64,000 nucleotides of DNA, taken from the NCBI GenBank assembly GCA_047967505.1, contig CM106538.1; one strand, written 5' to 3'. This DNA is from Dipteris shenzhenensis. Taxonomy: Eukaryota. The notes under the pieces are model-generated. The model saw only the letters and a program-made list of their open reading frames with translations. It was not told where the DNA came from and made no database searches. This document shows positions 12,510 to 25,650 of this stretch, in pieces (positions within the stretch are counted from its first letter, which is position 1; each line of letters starts with the position of its first letter). The position numbers and the translations under genes were made by a program.

Positions 12510-13560
12510 GCATAGGAACCCTCTCTTTCCCTCTCTTCTCTTATTCCCTCTTCTTTCTCTCTTTTCCTCTTTTCTTCTCTTATGCTTATGCTCTTTTTCC
12601 CTCTTCTTTTTCTTTCCTCTCTTTTCTTTTCCCCTCTTCCTTATCTTCTTTTCATAAGCATATGCCTATGCCTATGCCTATGCTTATGTTTATGCATGAG
12701 CATATGCTCATATGGTCATGCATAAGCATAAGCATATGTCTCCTTCTCCTTCTCCTTCTCCTTCTCCTTTCCTTCTCTTCTTTTCCCCTCTCCTTCAATC
12801 TCTTTTTCTCCTCTTTTCATAAGCATATGTATTTGCATATGCTTATGCTTATGCATGAGCATATGCTCATCTGCTCATGCATAAGCACAAGCATATGCTT
12901 TCTCTCTTTTTCTCTTATGCTCATATGCTCATGCATAAGCATAAGCATATGCTTTTTTTCTTTTTCTCTTATGCTCTTTTCCCCTTTTCTTTTTCCCTTC
13001 TTTCAATCTCTTTTCCCATCTTCCTTCTCTTATGCTTATGCTCTTTTTCCCTCTTCCTTATCTTCTTTTCCTCTCGTATTGTTTCCCTCTTTCTCCTTCT
13101 CCTTCTCCTTCTCCTTCTCCTTTCTTTCTCTTCTTTTCCCCTCTTTTCAATCTCTTTTTCCCCTCTTTCAATCTCTTTTCCCCTCTTCCTTCTCTTATGC
13201 TTATGCTCTTTTTCCCTCTTCCTTATCTTCTTTTCCTCTTGTATTGTTTCCCTCTTTCTCCTTCTCTTTCTCCTTTCTTTCTCCTCTTTTCCCCTCTTTT
13301 CAATCTCTTTTTCCCCTCTTTCAATCTCTTTTCCCCTCTTCCTTCTCTTATGCTTATGCTCTTTTTCCCTCTTCCTTCTCTTATGCTTATGCTCTTTTCC
13401 TCTCATATTGTTCTCCTCTTTCTCCTTCTCCTTTCTTTCTCTTCTTTTTCCCTCTTCTTCAATCTCTTTTTCTCCTCTTTTCATAAGCATATGTATTTGC
13501 CTATGCTTATGTATGAGCATATGCTCATATGCTCATGCATAAGCACAAGCATATGCTTTC
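12510..13560. repeat. Polypyrimidine low-complexity array with interspersed GCATATGC/CTTATG repeat blocks
   Basis: Recurrent TCTTATGCTTATGCTCTTTTTCCCTCTTCC and ATGAGCATATGCTCAT units; strong C/T strand bias. Confidence 0.9.
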
Positions 13561-13774
13561 TCTAGGAACAAAGCCATGGTTTGTTGAGCAGGAGGCACTA
13601 GGAGCGATGTCGATTGGGCTGAGGTGGCTACTCGCACGGTATAAGTCTACTCCTACTTGTAATCTCACTTGCCAAACTGTTTTATTCTTTAAGTTCCAAT
13701 CTAATTTTTAATTAATATGGTTTCACTCTTAGAATCAAAGCTCGAACATCCCATCAGCAGAGGTGAGCAGTGAT

Positions 13775-13880
13775 GTGACGAGGATTAGGCTTACACGGCT
13801 TCGACGAGGGCCAGGGATTAGGCGTAGCTCACGAGGGCCAGGGATTAGGCATAGCTCACGAGGGCTAAGGATCAAGCCAG
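13775..13880. repeat. ~29-bp tandem repeat
   Basis: ACGAGGGCCAGGGATTAGGCRTAGCTC, about 3-4 copies. Confidence 0.8.
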
Positions 13881-13950
13881 TGTGACAAGGACGAGGACGA
13901 GGATGACAATTTGGATGAGCAGTATTAGTAGCAGTTTGCATATACTTTGC

Positions 13951-14125
13951 CATGTATATGCTTCTGTATGTCGGCTCGTTTGAGTGATTTTGTATCACCC
14001 TTTTCGAAAGGGTAATTTTATAACAAACAATGCTGTATATTTTCGACATGTATATGCTTCTGTTGCTCGGCTCGTTTGAGTGATTTTGTATCACCCTTTT
14101 CACAAGGGAAAATTTGTAACAAAAA
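13951..14125. repeat. 96-bp tandem duplication
   Basis: CATGTATATGCTTCTGT...TCGGCTCGTTTGAGTGATTTTGTATCACCCTTTTC at 13951 and 14047. Confidence 0.85.
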
Positions 14126-14143
14126 ACATTCTTTTGTAATTAC

Positions 14144-14211
14144 TAAAAAAACATTAGTGGGGCAAAACAGGGCTTGCTGTGGCCCTGTTTAGCCCCACTA
14201 ATGTTTTTTTA
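14144..14211. repeat. Near-perfect inverted repeat (30-bp arms, 8-nt loop)
   Basis: TAAAAAAACATTAGTGGGGCAAAACAGGGC-ttgctgtg-GCCCTGTTTAGCCCCACTAATGTTTTTTTA, one mismatch. Confidence 0.95.
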
Positions 14212-14489
14212 AAGCTTCTATTAATTGTCGCTATATAGCGACATTTATAGCGATCGTTATTTTTTGATGCTAATAGCGACGTAAATACCGACCTTTGCGC
14301 CCATTAAAAAAAAATTGTGTGTATAAAAGGTCATTATTTTCATCGGAAAAGGGCCTGTGCCTTATAGTGAGGCGTCAAATATTCAAATGATCGCAATTGA
14401 ATCATGCACTCTAGATTTTTTTGTTTAAATTGGTGAAAGAGTTCAATCTGCCATCAAAAGAAATGTGTTGTTACTTGTTTGCAATTGTA

Positions 14490-15990
14490 GGTGCTGACAA
14501 CCAATCGAAGGAGTTGACTAACAAGAATTGCATGTGCCAACTAGCATTGCAAGTGCTAGCAAGCAGTGCATGTGCTAATAGGTAGTGCAAGTGCTAATAG
14601 GTAGTGCAAGTGCTAACAAGCAGTGCAATTGCTAATTAACATAGCTAGTAGGTGTAGCAACAAGCACTGTAGATGCTAACACGAATTCCAGGTGCTAGCA
14701 GGGATAGCAAGTGCTAATTAGCACAATTAGTAGTGCAATAACTGGCATTGCATGTGCTAACTAACATCTGGTAGTGGTAGATGAGAGTGCTAATAAGCAT
14801 TGCAATTGAGCTAACAAGGATTGCAGGTGCTAGCAAGCATTGCCTGTGCTAACTAGCATCTGGTAGTGGTAGATGAGAGTGCTAATAAGCATTGCAATTG
14901 AGCTAACAGGGATTGCAAGTGCTAGCAAGCATTATAGGTGCTAGCAACCACAAGTCGTGCTAGTAGGAAATATAGGCACTAACAAGCACTGCAATTGCTA
15001 ACTAGCATATGGAAGTGGTAGATGAGAATGCTAATAAGCATTGCAAGTGCTAACAAGGATTGCAGGTGCTAGCAAGAAGTGTATGTGCTAACAAGCACAA
15101 GAATTTCTTACGGGCACATGCAATTGTTATTAGCACATGCCTGTTATTGCATGTGCTAACAAGCACATGCAATAATAGGCATTGCACGTGCTAACTAGAA
15201 TTTGGCACTGGTAGATGAGAGTGCTAATAAGAATTGCACTTGTGCTAACAAGGATGGCAGGTGCTAATAAGAATTTCAAGTTCTAGCAACCACAAGTGGT
15301 GCTGTGGTAAGAATTATAGCTACTAACAAGCACTCCAGGTGCTTACTAGCATATGGAAATGGTAGATGAGAGTGCTAATAAGCATTGCAAGTGATAACAA
15401 GTAATTGCAGGTGCTAACAAGCATTTCAAGTTCTAGCAACTACAGCTGTGTTGGCAAGAAATGTGCTAACATGCACAAGCATTTCTTGCCAACACATGCA
15501 ATTCTTGTTAGCACATGCATGTGCTAAAAAGCACCTGCAATTACATGCATTGCATGTGCTAACTAGCATTTTGGCAGTGGTAGATGAGAGTGCTAATAAG
15601 CATCGCAAGTGCTAATAAGGATTGCAGTTGCTAACAAGCATTGTAGGTGCTAGCAATTGCAAGTGTTGCTGGAAAGAATTTCATGAGCTAACAAGCACTG
15701 CATATGTGATAACTAGCATATGGCAATGCTAGATGAAAGTGCTAATTGCCAGTGCTAGCCAAGATTGATAGTGCTAACAAGCACTGTAGGTGATGGGAAG
15801 TGTTGATTGTGGTAGCAAGCATTGTATGTGCAAGCAGCCTATGATATTGGTAGAATAGAGTGCTAATCAAAATATGACAATTACAACTAGCATATGGCAA
15901 TGGCCAAAGGTGAGTGGAAACCATCCCATGATTTTGGTTAATAGCACATGATAGTGGAGATCAAAATATGATATTGTAACTAACATGTCA
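14490..15990. repeat. Degenerate minisatellite (~19-20-bp monomer GTGCTAACAAGCATTGCAA) with higher-order units
   Basis: Monomer repeated throughout; marker GGTAGATGAGAGTGCTAATAAGCA recurs at irregular ~90-220-nt spacing. Confidence 0.9.
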
Positions 15991-16059
15991 GTGGTAGGTT
16001 GCAAAATAGGCTCTATCAATCATTCACTTTAGTACTCAGGTCCAAAAGTGCATGCCCAA

Positions 16060-16444
16060 GGAGTTGCTCCTCCCCGCTCTAGGCTACCCCTCCCTCTCCT
16101 TCAACCCTCTCCTTCCTTGTAACCCTCCTTCCCTACCATCCCCCTCCCTCTCCACCCTCCCTTGCAACCCCCTCATCTCCCTCTCCCCTCTCCCCTCTCC
16201 CCTCTCCCTCCCCTTCCTCACAGCCCCTCCCACCCTACCTCCAACCCCCTCCCCCCCACCATCAGCCCCCTCCCTTCCACCTCCCCCCCTGCCCCCCCTC
16301 CCTTGGCTTGCCTTCCCTCCCGCTTCCTTGCCCCAACGCCCCTCCCCCCTGGCCTACATTTCTGCTCCCCTTCTCACCCCATCCCACCTTCTCCCCACCC
16401 CTTCCCTCGCTCCACCTTCCTTGCACCTTCCTGCCCCCTTCTCG
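16060..16444. repeat. C-rich low-complexity tract
   Basis: Dense CCC/CCCT runs; the proline-rich ORFs here are compositional artefacts. Confidence 0.85.
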
Positions 16445-17870
16445 TGATAAAATATGGGATCAAGGAGGATCAAAGCACAACAAGAGAGGCATAGGGAAGA
16501 AAACACTCAATCTATTGCAATATGTAATCAACACTAGATTGAGTAATCAACAATATGTAATCAACATAGGGAAGCAAACACTCAATCTATCGCAATATGT
16601 AATCAACAATATGATAGGCTTCTTATATAGAGAGAGCCTTTAGAATAGTCAAACCATGTGGGATCCTCTCATCCACATTTCTCCTTGTGGATATCCTTGA
16701 TCCACATCTCCACATCATGTAGTCCACATCCTAGGGTGGCTACTTTAATTATTTCCTATAACATACCTTAGACTTTAATCTATGTGCTCATGGTGCCATA
16801 TCTTAACACCTCTGCTTGTGCCATGATCCATTGGCTACTGCAAGGTGGTCAGATGTGAGTTACAAGATCAAATCCTCCCCTAGATCCTTACATGGCTATT
16901 CTCATGTGGTCAGGTTTGATTTAGCAACATGTGGGCTAAAGGTGGCAGGGTTTTTGCTTCTCAATATATGTTGTTCTTGTCATTCTGCTCATGGCTTGAT
17001 GATAACTCCACGTAGTTAACCTGCTGGTTCTTCAATTTGTAATCTTCTTCCTTGTGTCCTAGCTTCTTGCAATGGTGACACTTTGGTTTGTTCTTCAATT
17101 TGCAGTCACTTTGGTAGTGACCCATCCTTCCGCAATGGTAACACTTCATTGATGTTTTACTGAACAATGCTTGTTCTTCATTATTGCTGTTGCGTGTTGA
17201 TGTAGATGTCGATGTTGATGCCTTCAAGTCTCTTTTTCAAGAAGAGAGGATACACATTCCTCAAACTTTGGATCTGGGAGATACTTCAAGGTGGTTGTCA
17301 GTGCACTGTACTCTACATGCATGCTTTTAAGGAGAATTGCAAGTGCATCTTTTTCCCCTACTTTTGCATTTATGCCTTCTAGTTCGGTCATAATACTTTT
17401 GATTTTGTTGACAAATTGTGCCATTAAGATTCATTAAAGCTCATGTGGAAACCATAGAATTCAATCTTAAGATGAATTTCTTGGTTTTTGGCTTTTGCAC
17501 CAAACACGATGTTCAACTCATCCCATGCATCCTTGGCATGATCCTTGGAGTCTATATGATGAATTATGTTTGGATCCAAGTGCAAACCAATGAGTGATAG
17601 TGCTGCGTTGTCTTTTTCCTTCCAAGCACCATTTTGTACAATGGGTATGTCTTCTTTTATAGTCTTCCAAAGCTTTTGATGCATCAGGAGATACCTCATT
17701 TGTGTAGACCAGGTGTGAGATCCTTCCCCGGTGAACGTCTCAACAGTTGGGGTGTGTATTGCCATTGCAAAGGTCTTACCAGTTGAAGAAACTTTCAAAT
17801 CTAGTAGTGTCAAATTGTATACAATAAAATTAACTTGACAGATGCGTAGAGCTTGAAAAGGCAATCACTT
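16445..17870 (-). mobile_element. Ty1/Copia remnant: probable 3' LTR plus gag; pol absent
   Basis: TG...CA-bounded segment 16445-16763; gag ETFTGEGSHTWSTQMRYLLMHQKLW...DNAALSLIGLHL, ALAILLKSM; knuckles CYHCGRMGHYQSDC and CHHCKKLGH; frameshifted. Confidence 0.85.
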
Positions 17871-19311
17871 TTCGTTTTTGGAGCGTGTGCAAATTCTTTC
17901 AGGATTGGAAGTTATGACTTGTCGAAGATTTATGAAGAAGAGAGGTCCAATTGATGATGTGGTTCAGGGGTTCATAGGCTACATGCAGGACTGTGCTTAC
18001 AAAGGGACCATGCTTGGGTGGCACTGCTGATTGTGCATGCTGATGTGGCATAACTAACCCTAACTCTAACCATGGTGGGTTAAGTTAACCATACCAAGAT
18101 TGAGTCTTATCTGCCGTGGCAAGACTTTTGACCAAAGACCATTAACTTGGCAAAACTTTGCACAAAGACCATTAAACTAACCTAGAATTGGTCTGCCACA
18201 TGACTTTTCCTAAGGTCTGAAACCTTGGAGAAGTAGAGAAATGGAGCGTGGTAGCGTCGCGATTATAGCTCGTGGTCGTTTTGTGCGAGGGCACAGGAGA
18301 CAATGACGAGCGCTATGGAGAGCTTTTAGAGCTAGAGGCTATGGCACAATCATAGGAGCAGCTCATCGATGAAGCTGGAGCAAGAGCTGGAGTTGTTGGC
18401 GCGTCGGAGGTACAGAAGGCCGTGAGGAGTTATGAGCTCCGTGTGGGCTGCCTTAATGCAGCTGGGCTCATTGGAGCATGCAGTAGGCTGTTGCTGGTTA
18501 GGCGAGTGTTGGATGGAGCTCTCTAGAGCTCATTCGATGGAGGTGATCGAGGTAATGCTGTTTGGAGTCACGACGACTATGGCTTTGGAGTCATGTTGCC
18601 TCCGTTATTCATTGTGAAGAGTCTTTGGACCTTCGAAGCTCGGTGAAGAAGCTATGGCAGTTGGAGCATCTGGGCAGCTAGGCCATCTTGGTTGGAGAAG
18701 TCAATCGTGAAGCTACGTGAGGCTTGCGAGGTAGATGACTTGCTGTTCCACGTCTTATGTTGTTGTGTACTTGCAAGTCAAGGTTGTAGATGGCGCTGTC
18801 TACTCGGTGGTTTGAGCCAAGAGACTGCAGCTCGGAGGTTGTTGAGTGGAGGTCATTGCACTGAGTCTCTCAAGAGGAGGACGTTGTTCTGGTCAAAGTA
18901 GCCCGAAAGTAGCCCTGGCTAGCTATAGAGTCGAGGCCTCTTACTATGTGCCTTTGTTTGTGCATGGCCTTGTTGTTGAAGCTGCCAGGCGGGCTGATGG
19001 AGATCTCTCTCACATACCTCCAATCAAACTATGGATAATTTTTCTCACCGAGAGCTCTCAAACCTTTCAACTCTCTTGAAATGAACCTGAATCTCTCAAG
19101 AATGGACAACATCACTCAATAGAGGATATCTTGAGCTGCAAGATGTAGAATCTCCTCAGATAGCCGTAGGAAAACTTAGCGACGGTAGTACTATTGAAAC
19201 ATAGTGGCTAAACGATAACCACCTCAAGTGAGAACCACAATCCTCGTCGACTGCCAAATGGAGAAGAAGTTAAGACGTAGTGTTTGAGCGACGAGAAGCA
19301 AGCAGTGCTCT

Positions 19312-19410
19312 ATGTGTTTCAGGAGTGAAGCGCTCTGTGTGTTTTGTGGAAGTAGCAGTGGCAATAAAAGTGTCTTCAGCTATGCTTCATTTGAGCAAGG
19401 CAAAGAGTTG
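19312..19410 (+). pseudogene. LOG: Orphan exon 1 of a LONELY GUY (LOG) cytokinin-activating phosphoribohydrolase
   Basis: LCVFCGSSSGNKSVFSYASFEQGKEL followed by GTAATG, a donor at the usual LOG exon-1 boundary; later LOG exons (LVYGGG, PGGYGT) not seen in the window. Confidence 0.75.
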
Positions 19411-20699
19411 GTAATGCTCTCTATCTGTCATATGAGTCTGTGCTCTCCAGGGAATCGAAATTCCAGGAAAGTCACAAGGAGTTTTGAGCAAAGAGGCAGC
19501 ACAAGCAACAACCATCAAATTAAGAGGAGGCTAGCAGCCATGCAGCACGATGACAAAATAGTAAAGCCATAAAGGTTGACAGTAAGAAGCTGAGTGCCAT
19601 AAACCAACTGCCATGCACAGCTCTTAGCAGGCTTCGAGTGAATACAAGTGGAACCAAGTAAAGTGTAAATGAACCGGAGCTAGTAGCACACAGTGAGGCC
19701 AAAGGAAACCAAGCCAACTATGCACCTTGTGCAGATTCAGGCTAAAGTCGAGCTAAAGTTATGAGAAGCGATGAGGCAAGCGAAGTGGAGCCAGTCTTTG
19801 AAATGAATAAGAAGGCCACACTCCTTAGCAACAAACATAGCCATGGAGAGGAAGAATACGGTAGCGAGCTCAAGGGTGCATGTAAGGGACAACAAGTATA
19901 AGGGAGCCTTGGGATACAATGGGAGAGATTTGTAGAGATGAATTGGTGAGAGAAGGTGGGACAAGGGGGTGGAGAAACCGCCATGAACATGGGTAGTGCA
20001 AGAACACAAGGCTGGTGGGGTGAAAACGGCTTAGGGGCTATAGGTAGATCATTACTAAGTAGAGGCACACACCACTACATGGTCATGGTCGGTGGTTCAG
20101 CATACAATAAGTTGGAGAGTGGGTGAGAGAGACACTCCACGTATGGGCTGAGTGTAACTGCCGATCAACATTATGCTCACTTTTACAAACAAAGCCAAAA
20201 TGTGATATTCAATGGTGCTTCTTACCATTTTCCATGGACATGCTTTTATGAGTGGGTTGACGTGCTTCCATCCTATTTCCATAGGAGTGGGGATAGAAGT
20301 AGATGATGGACTAGGCAAAAGAGGAGGTAAGGGCATAATTTACGCACTAGATTTTGCCGTGTTGAATTTGATACATTGTGCTATCAAGAGTGCCTCACTT
20401 AAGGTCGTCGGCCTTGATTTCATGTTCTTTGTGAAATGTCAGCTCGCAATTTAGGCCAAACAAAGAATGGTTTTAGATCTTTAATCATATTTGCATCGAT
20501 TCATAGTAGCAAGAGATGTGTTAGTTTCAACACATTTTGTGAAACAAATTCGTTTGAACATGGTACAATTCGTGAAGCTGTGTAAGTCCATCTTTGACAG
20601 ATTCAAAACTTCCAAAAGCTGCTGTGAGAGTTGCCTGTAAGTGCAACCAAGATGCTTTTACATTTTTGTCCAATTGGTAATACCAGGTGGCAGCTAGAT

Positions 20700-20960
20700 C
20701 CTAAAAGGCTAGCTTTATTTCTTCTATTTTTTGCTCATCAAACCATCAATGGTACTCAGAAAGATTTGCAAAACTAACCTCAAGAACACATCACCTTTAA
20801 GAGATCCTGAGAAAGGCTTTGGTCGGACATGTGAATCATGTCCCCGCCTAGTTGCATGCCTTGATGATAGATGGATAGTAAGATTGGCCACATGTCTATT
20901 GGATTGAATGAGTTCGGATAGCAAACTTGCTAGAATTTTAAGAGTGATCTAATGCAAGCG
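20700..20960 (-). mobile_element. Gag N-terminal fragment related to the 6823-11382 Gypsy
   Basis: LSELIQSNRHVANLTIHLS...DSHVRPKPFSGS aligns with LTELIQSNVQVANLTAHLT...DSKVRPKP*TGS. Confidence 0.8.
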
Positions 20961-22599
20961 AGAAGAGACTTGAGAATCTTCATGAGCAGGGTCATAGTCT
21001 ATGGTGAGTGAACTATCAAGGGCACAATCACCACTTTGCACTACTAGGTGGCCTTGACCTAGAAACTGGATATATACCGATGGTAGTATCAATACGACCA
21101 GTGGTAGTGTTTTACTGGTGGTAGTATTTTTACTACCGTCGGTAGTTTAACACAATACTACCGATAATATTATTACCATTGGTAGTAGCAATATTCTCGC
21201 CAGAAATCATGTTGCTACTGGCAATAATTGACATAATACCACCATTAGTACTAGTATTACCGATAGTAATACACAAATTACCACCGATAATACTACTGGC
21301 CCAAGATACATGCCAACCATCGAGCTCATTTTCACCAAAAGTGGATTGATAAAAGGTAAAAATCCTCCTCTCTCCAAGTCTTGGCTGAGGGGCCTGGTCC
21401 AAGAAGTGGTTCTTGGTCTTGCGTCCTAAACAGGATGGGGGGCTAGTTGGAACCACAACCTAGATCCAGGTTTCCTCAGATCTCCACATAAAGGGGGGAT
21501 TGTTTTGTCAAAATTTTTAAGAATTTACTTAGCATTTGTTGCATGCATGCATGGCTAGGACATGAAATTAACAATAATTAGTTCTGGATTTCGATAAGAT
21601 TTGGGGGCTCGTTTCGAAAAAAGTTACCCTTTACTAATGAAGAAATTGGACATAAAGAAGGTGTATTGCTATATTAAAGAAGGTAGAAAAGTCATGATGA
21701 TCAAAGCTTATTAAAGTACGTGGTAGATTTGATATACTTATTATGCTTACTATGTATTGAGGAGAATTTGATAGTTAAGGTCTGATTCCTGGACGGACTT
21801 ACACAGTTTCATAACTAAATAGAGAACTATTTGCAATAACAAAAATAAATAAAGAAGGCAATAGTGTAGTTTAAGATGCAATTTTAAGTCCCCTTTATAA
21901 TTTATGATACTTTTGCAATTTCCTTGCTCTATAATCCAACCCATAGCTCTTAGGTGTATATGTTGGTATTCTTTGTAGGATGACATGGATGACAAATGTA
22001 CACCAGTTGTGAAGCCTGTCTCCCCTCTGTAAACTAAAGTTTGTTGTTTGTGCTAGATGGTGACAAGTGAGCTGGTGTACTTTTGTACAAGGTTTGCATG
22101 ATACCTCCTTTGGTAGCTATGGTTGGATCTAGTTGCCATAGTGCACTCTACTTGAATGCTATTCCAATTATGTCAACTCTTTAGTTATTGGTTTAGTCCT
22201 TATCAGGAGGCCTACTAAACCATTGCAATTTTTGGAACATTTTAATGAACTTGTGGAAAATGCTTTTTGGTTCTAGGATTTAAGTGTTAAATCAGGAGTT
22301 CTATGCAAGTAAAGTAACTTGGGAACATCTTCTATTAGGAATTTACTATTCTATTGTGCCTTTGGCATATGTCTCAACCACTATTATCATGTTATGTACC
22401 TTATCTTTTGGTTTAAGAGTATGGCTCCTACTTGTTACTATTTCTCATCAATCATGGTTACCCCAAAACAAGAATGTGAAGGCACAATTACAGACTTGAT
22501 TTTTATTAAAAATGTGGCAACTATACACTTAACAATTTGACAAAAACCAACCCCTCTACTTGGCACTTATAAGGTTCATACATTATTTTTTTGCATTAA

Positions 22600-23570
22600 C
22601 TCATTGAGATATGGATAGTGAAATATACTTATATCATGGAAATGATGAGGTTAGTCTTACTTACATTTAAACTTTGATAGGCCACTTATCACGATTCAGT
22701 GGGTTGAGCTATGGAATATGTTGTACAGGAATGGTTTTTTGAATTCACTAGCATTAACAGGATTGTTCATTAAACTTCCTTTACCAAGGGAGCCATTTTT
22801 CAATGTTCTAGCCAGTTTGATTGAGTAACATGCCTCGAGTCAAGTTTTACATTGATGCTATTTGTGGGCCTCAAGAAAGGATTATAAGCATTAGCGGTGG
22901 ATCACCCTCTAATTCAGACATAATTGTTATTTTCTCACATTCCTTTATCAAGGGATCCATTTTTTATTGGGTTTAGGCCAACCTAAGTGAGTAAATTATC
23001 TTGAGGTCATAATATGAGTGAGCAAGGACCTTACACTTAATGGTATTGAGATTTTTTCAAGACAACATAATCATTAAATTTCAATTGCACGTATAGTTCA
23101 ATCATAAATTGTCTTTTTTCACACTTTCTATACCAAAGGAGCCAAATTTAATTAAATTGGATGTATGGAATAGGTCAAGTCAGTTGAAAAATGAGTGAGT
23201 AAGGCATTTGCAATTGATGGGATTAAGCTTTTGGCAAGGCCACATAGGTATCGGAGTCTAATTTCCCCTCTACTTGAATCATAAATGATCTTTTTCACAC
23301 TTTAAAAGCCAAAGGAGCCATTTTCCACTAATTTGGCAGCCTTGAGTCAAGAAACAACTATGCAAGGCCCTTCTAATGACAGGATTAGGCTTGTGGAAAT
23401 GACCCATAAAGATGATATTCTAGTTCACCCTTTAACTCAACCATAAATGGTCTTTTTTCACATTTGCTTTACCAAGGGAGCAATTTCTCCCTAGTTTGGC
23501 CGATCCAAATACTTCAAATGACTTGAATCTAGCAACAAGTGTGAAAGGCCCTTTAGTTTGGTAAAATGGT
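22600..23570. repeat. Highly degenerate ~160-180-bp tandem repeat, about 5 copies
   Basis: Motif TTTTTCACAYWTT...CCAARGGAGCCATTTT at ~22780, 22930, 23115, 23290 and 23455. Confidence 0.6.
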
Positions 23571-23574
23571 TAAG

Positions 23575-25650
23575 GCATTGTTTGGGAATGCTACAATAGT
23601 CCTGTGTTTAAATGGTGTGTGGTTGGAAGGTTTGAATTACGAGGGTCTATTTGGCAAGGGTGTCAATTGGCACCCTTGCTGTTTGCTCTTTGTATAGTGT
23701 TCCTTATTCATCTGACTAAGAAGAGAGTGGCTAAAGGTAAGATAAAAAGGGTTATGCCCCCTTTTGTCAACCAGTTTTGTCCTCAAATTTTTGATGATGA
23801 TATGGTGGCCCTCTTTTTGGAGGCAAGGTAGCATGATGAGTTTATGTGCTCCTCTAGATAAGTTTTGCCATGCTTTGGGTTCAATTTGCAATTGGGAGAA
23901 AATGTTTGAACTTCGTAGTGAGTATGGTGTGATGCCTAAATAGAGGAGTTAGATGACAATAAATTGAGTTAAGAGAGAGGTGGTGATATGATATTTGGGA
24001 AACCCTTTAGGGGTTGACCTTGCCTTGAGGCAGAGGTTCGACTAGTTCAAGGAGAAGATTTGGTAGAAGATTTGAGCTTGGCATGGAGTTACCTTGGGAT
24101 GGAATGCACATGTATTAGCGGTTAAGCATGTGCTTTCAGCCACCACGACTTATTTGGCATCTATCTAGAGGTTCCGTCAGAGTCACTGGGCCGATATTGA
24201 AAAATTGCTTCATGCCTTTGGATGGGATGAAGAGGAGGATAAAAGAAAATGGAATTATGTTCCTTGGGAGGCCATTAAAGCTCCCAAGAGCTATGGTGTC
24301 TTGGGGTCTCAGATATCAATAAGAGGAATACCCTTTCCTAGCAAATGGTTACCCAGGATGTTTGAGTGGCAAGCCCCTTGAGTGGAGTGCCTTGATGGTT
24401 TCTGGAAGCTAGCACGAGTTCAAGAGTGGGAGTTTGGAAACATATGACTTGGTATAACAAGCTTTGCTCTTTTCCTGTTAAAAATTAGGGCTCAAATTTG
24501 ATTGGGGTGGTAGGCGCCTGGAAGGCATGTGGCTATTGGGCTGGTCTCAAAGGTGTTGCAAGCCTACATGAAGGGATATGGTGGAGCTGGACAATAGCAT
24601 ATCAGGACAAGGCGCTTGCTTGGCTGGACCTTCAAGCCGCGAGGCCTTTACACAAGAAGGGAGTAAGGTATTGGGTGCAATTGTGTAATGTGAGGAGATC
24701 TAATTGGAAGTCTATTTGGGCAGTGATGGATGCCTTTAACTTGCATGGCATAGAAACTATCTTGGTGTTTAGGGTTGTAAATAATCTTCCCCTGGGTCGC
24801 CATCTAATAGTAGCCCCTCTATGGATTGGAGGGTGAATCAATGGTTGTAGGGGAGTATAGGCTAGAGAAAACTTACTACTACGAGAGTTGTTTACAGAAA
24901 TATGATGGAAGGTAAAGAGTTGATTAGCTCTCTAAATGATAAATGAAACTTGTACCGTACTATGAGATGGTGGTTGCAGAGGTGTGCTGACATCTAGAAA
25001 GGTTGCCAGGCTGGGAAGGCTAGTTTTTTTCTATGGAAAGACCCTGCACAATTGGTTGCTTGTGAGAAGTAGAATGGATAAATAGTCAAAGAAAAAACCT
25101 CTATGTCCATTATGTGAACGTTGTGTGGAGAGCCCAATGCATCTACTTTGGGCATGCAATGTTACCACCATAAGGGTACGGTGTGTCATTACAACCAACA
25201 ATTCGGAAGGTGGGCTTGATGAGCACAGTCTCTGTCAAAATAAACTGGAAGTTGGTAATGATTGGGGACACAAGTGGTTTGTCGTCCACCTTGGTGGCCT
25301 CTTGGCAACATATAAGGATGGCTGTTATGCTCGCCCTGTGGTCTCTTCAAAGTGATATAGTTTTAAAGAAAAGAGTTGGTGTTGGTTACAGGGAATCAAT
25401 AATTCTAGGTCTTGTGAAACAAATGCTAAAAGAATTTGGTAAAATTGTGGAGAAAAAGGATTCTCTCTTGAGTGGGTGTCTTAGTGAGTTGGGTTGTTAG
25501 GGATTCTGAGTAGTTGAGCCTATCCAACGTTGGTCATAGGCAGTTTGCCCCTAGTGACCACCTTTTGTTTTTCTTTCTATATATAGTAAAAGCCAACATA
25601 TTATCTTTTAAATAAAACAAGGTGGGGATCCACTAAGGCCCTTCCTTTTA
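23575..25650 (+). mobile_element. 5'-truncated, degenerate L1-clade LINE (RT C-terminal part and zf-RVT)
   Basis: RGSIWQGCQLAPLLFAL (QGCPLxP motif), QIFDDD (FADD motif), YLGNP, CPLCER..ESPMHLLWAC; AATAAA near 25611; many stops. Confidence 0.85.

Noticed and set aside
12358-13565. Long ORFs (327, 221, 183 and 177 aa)
   Set aside because: Products of stop-poor C/T low-complexity sequence
14490-15990. Possible CRISPR-like repeat-spacer array
   Set aside because: Intervening sequences are themselves variants of the monomer, spacing is irregular, no cas genes, eukaryotic context
16052-16643. Proline-rich extensin-like ORFs
   Set aside because: Open in all three frames because of C-runs; no signal peptide or SPPPP periodicity
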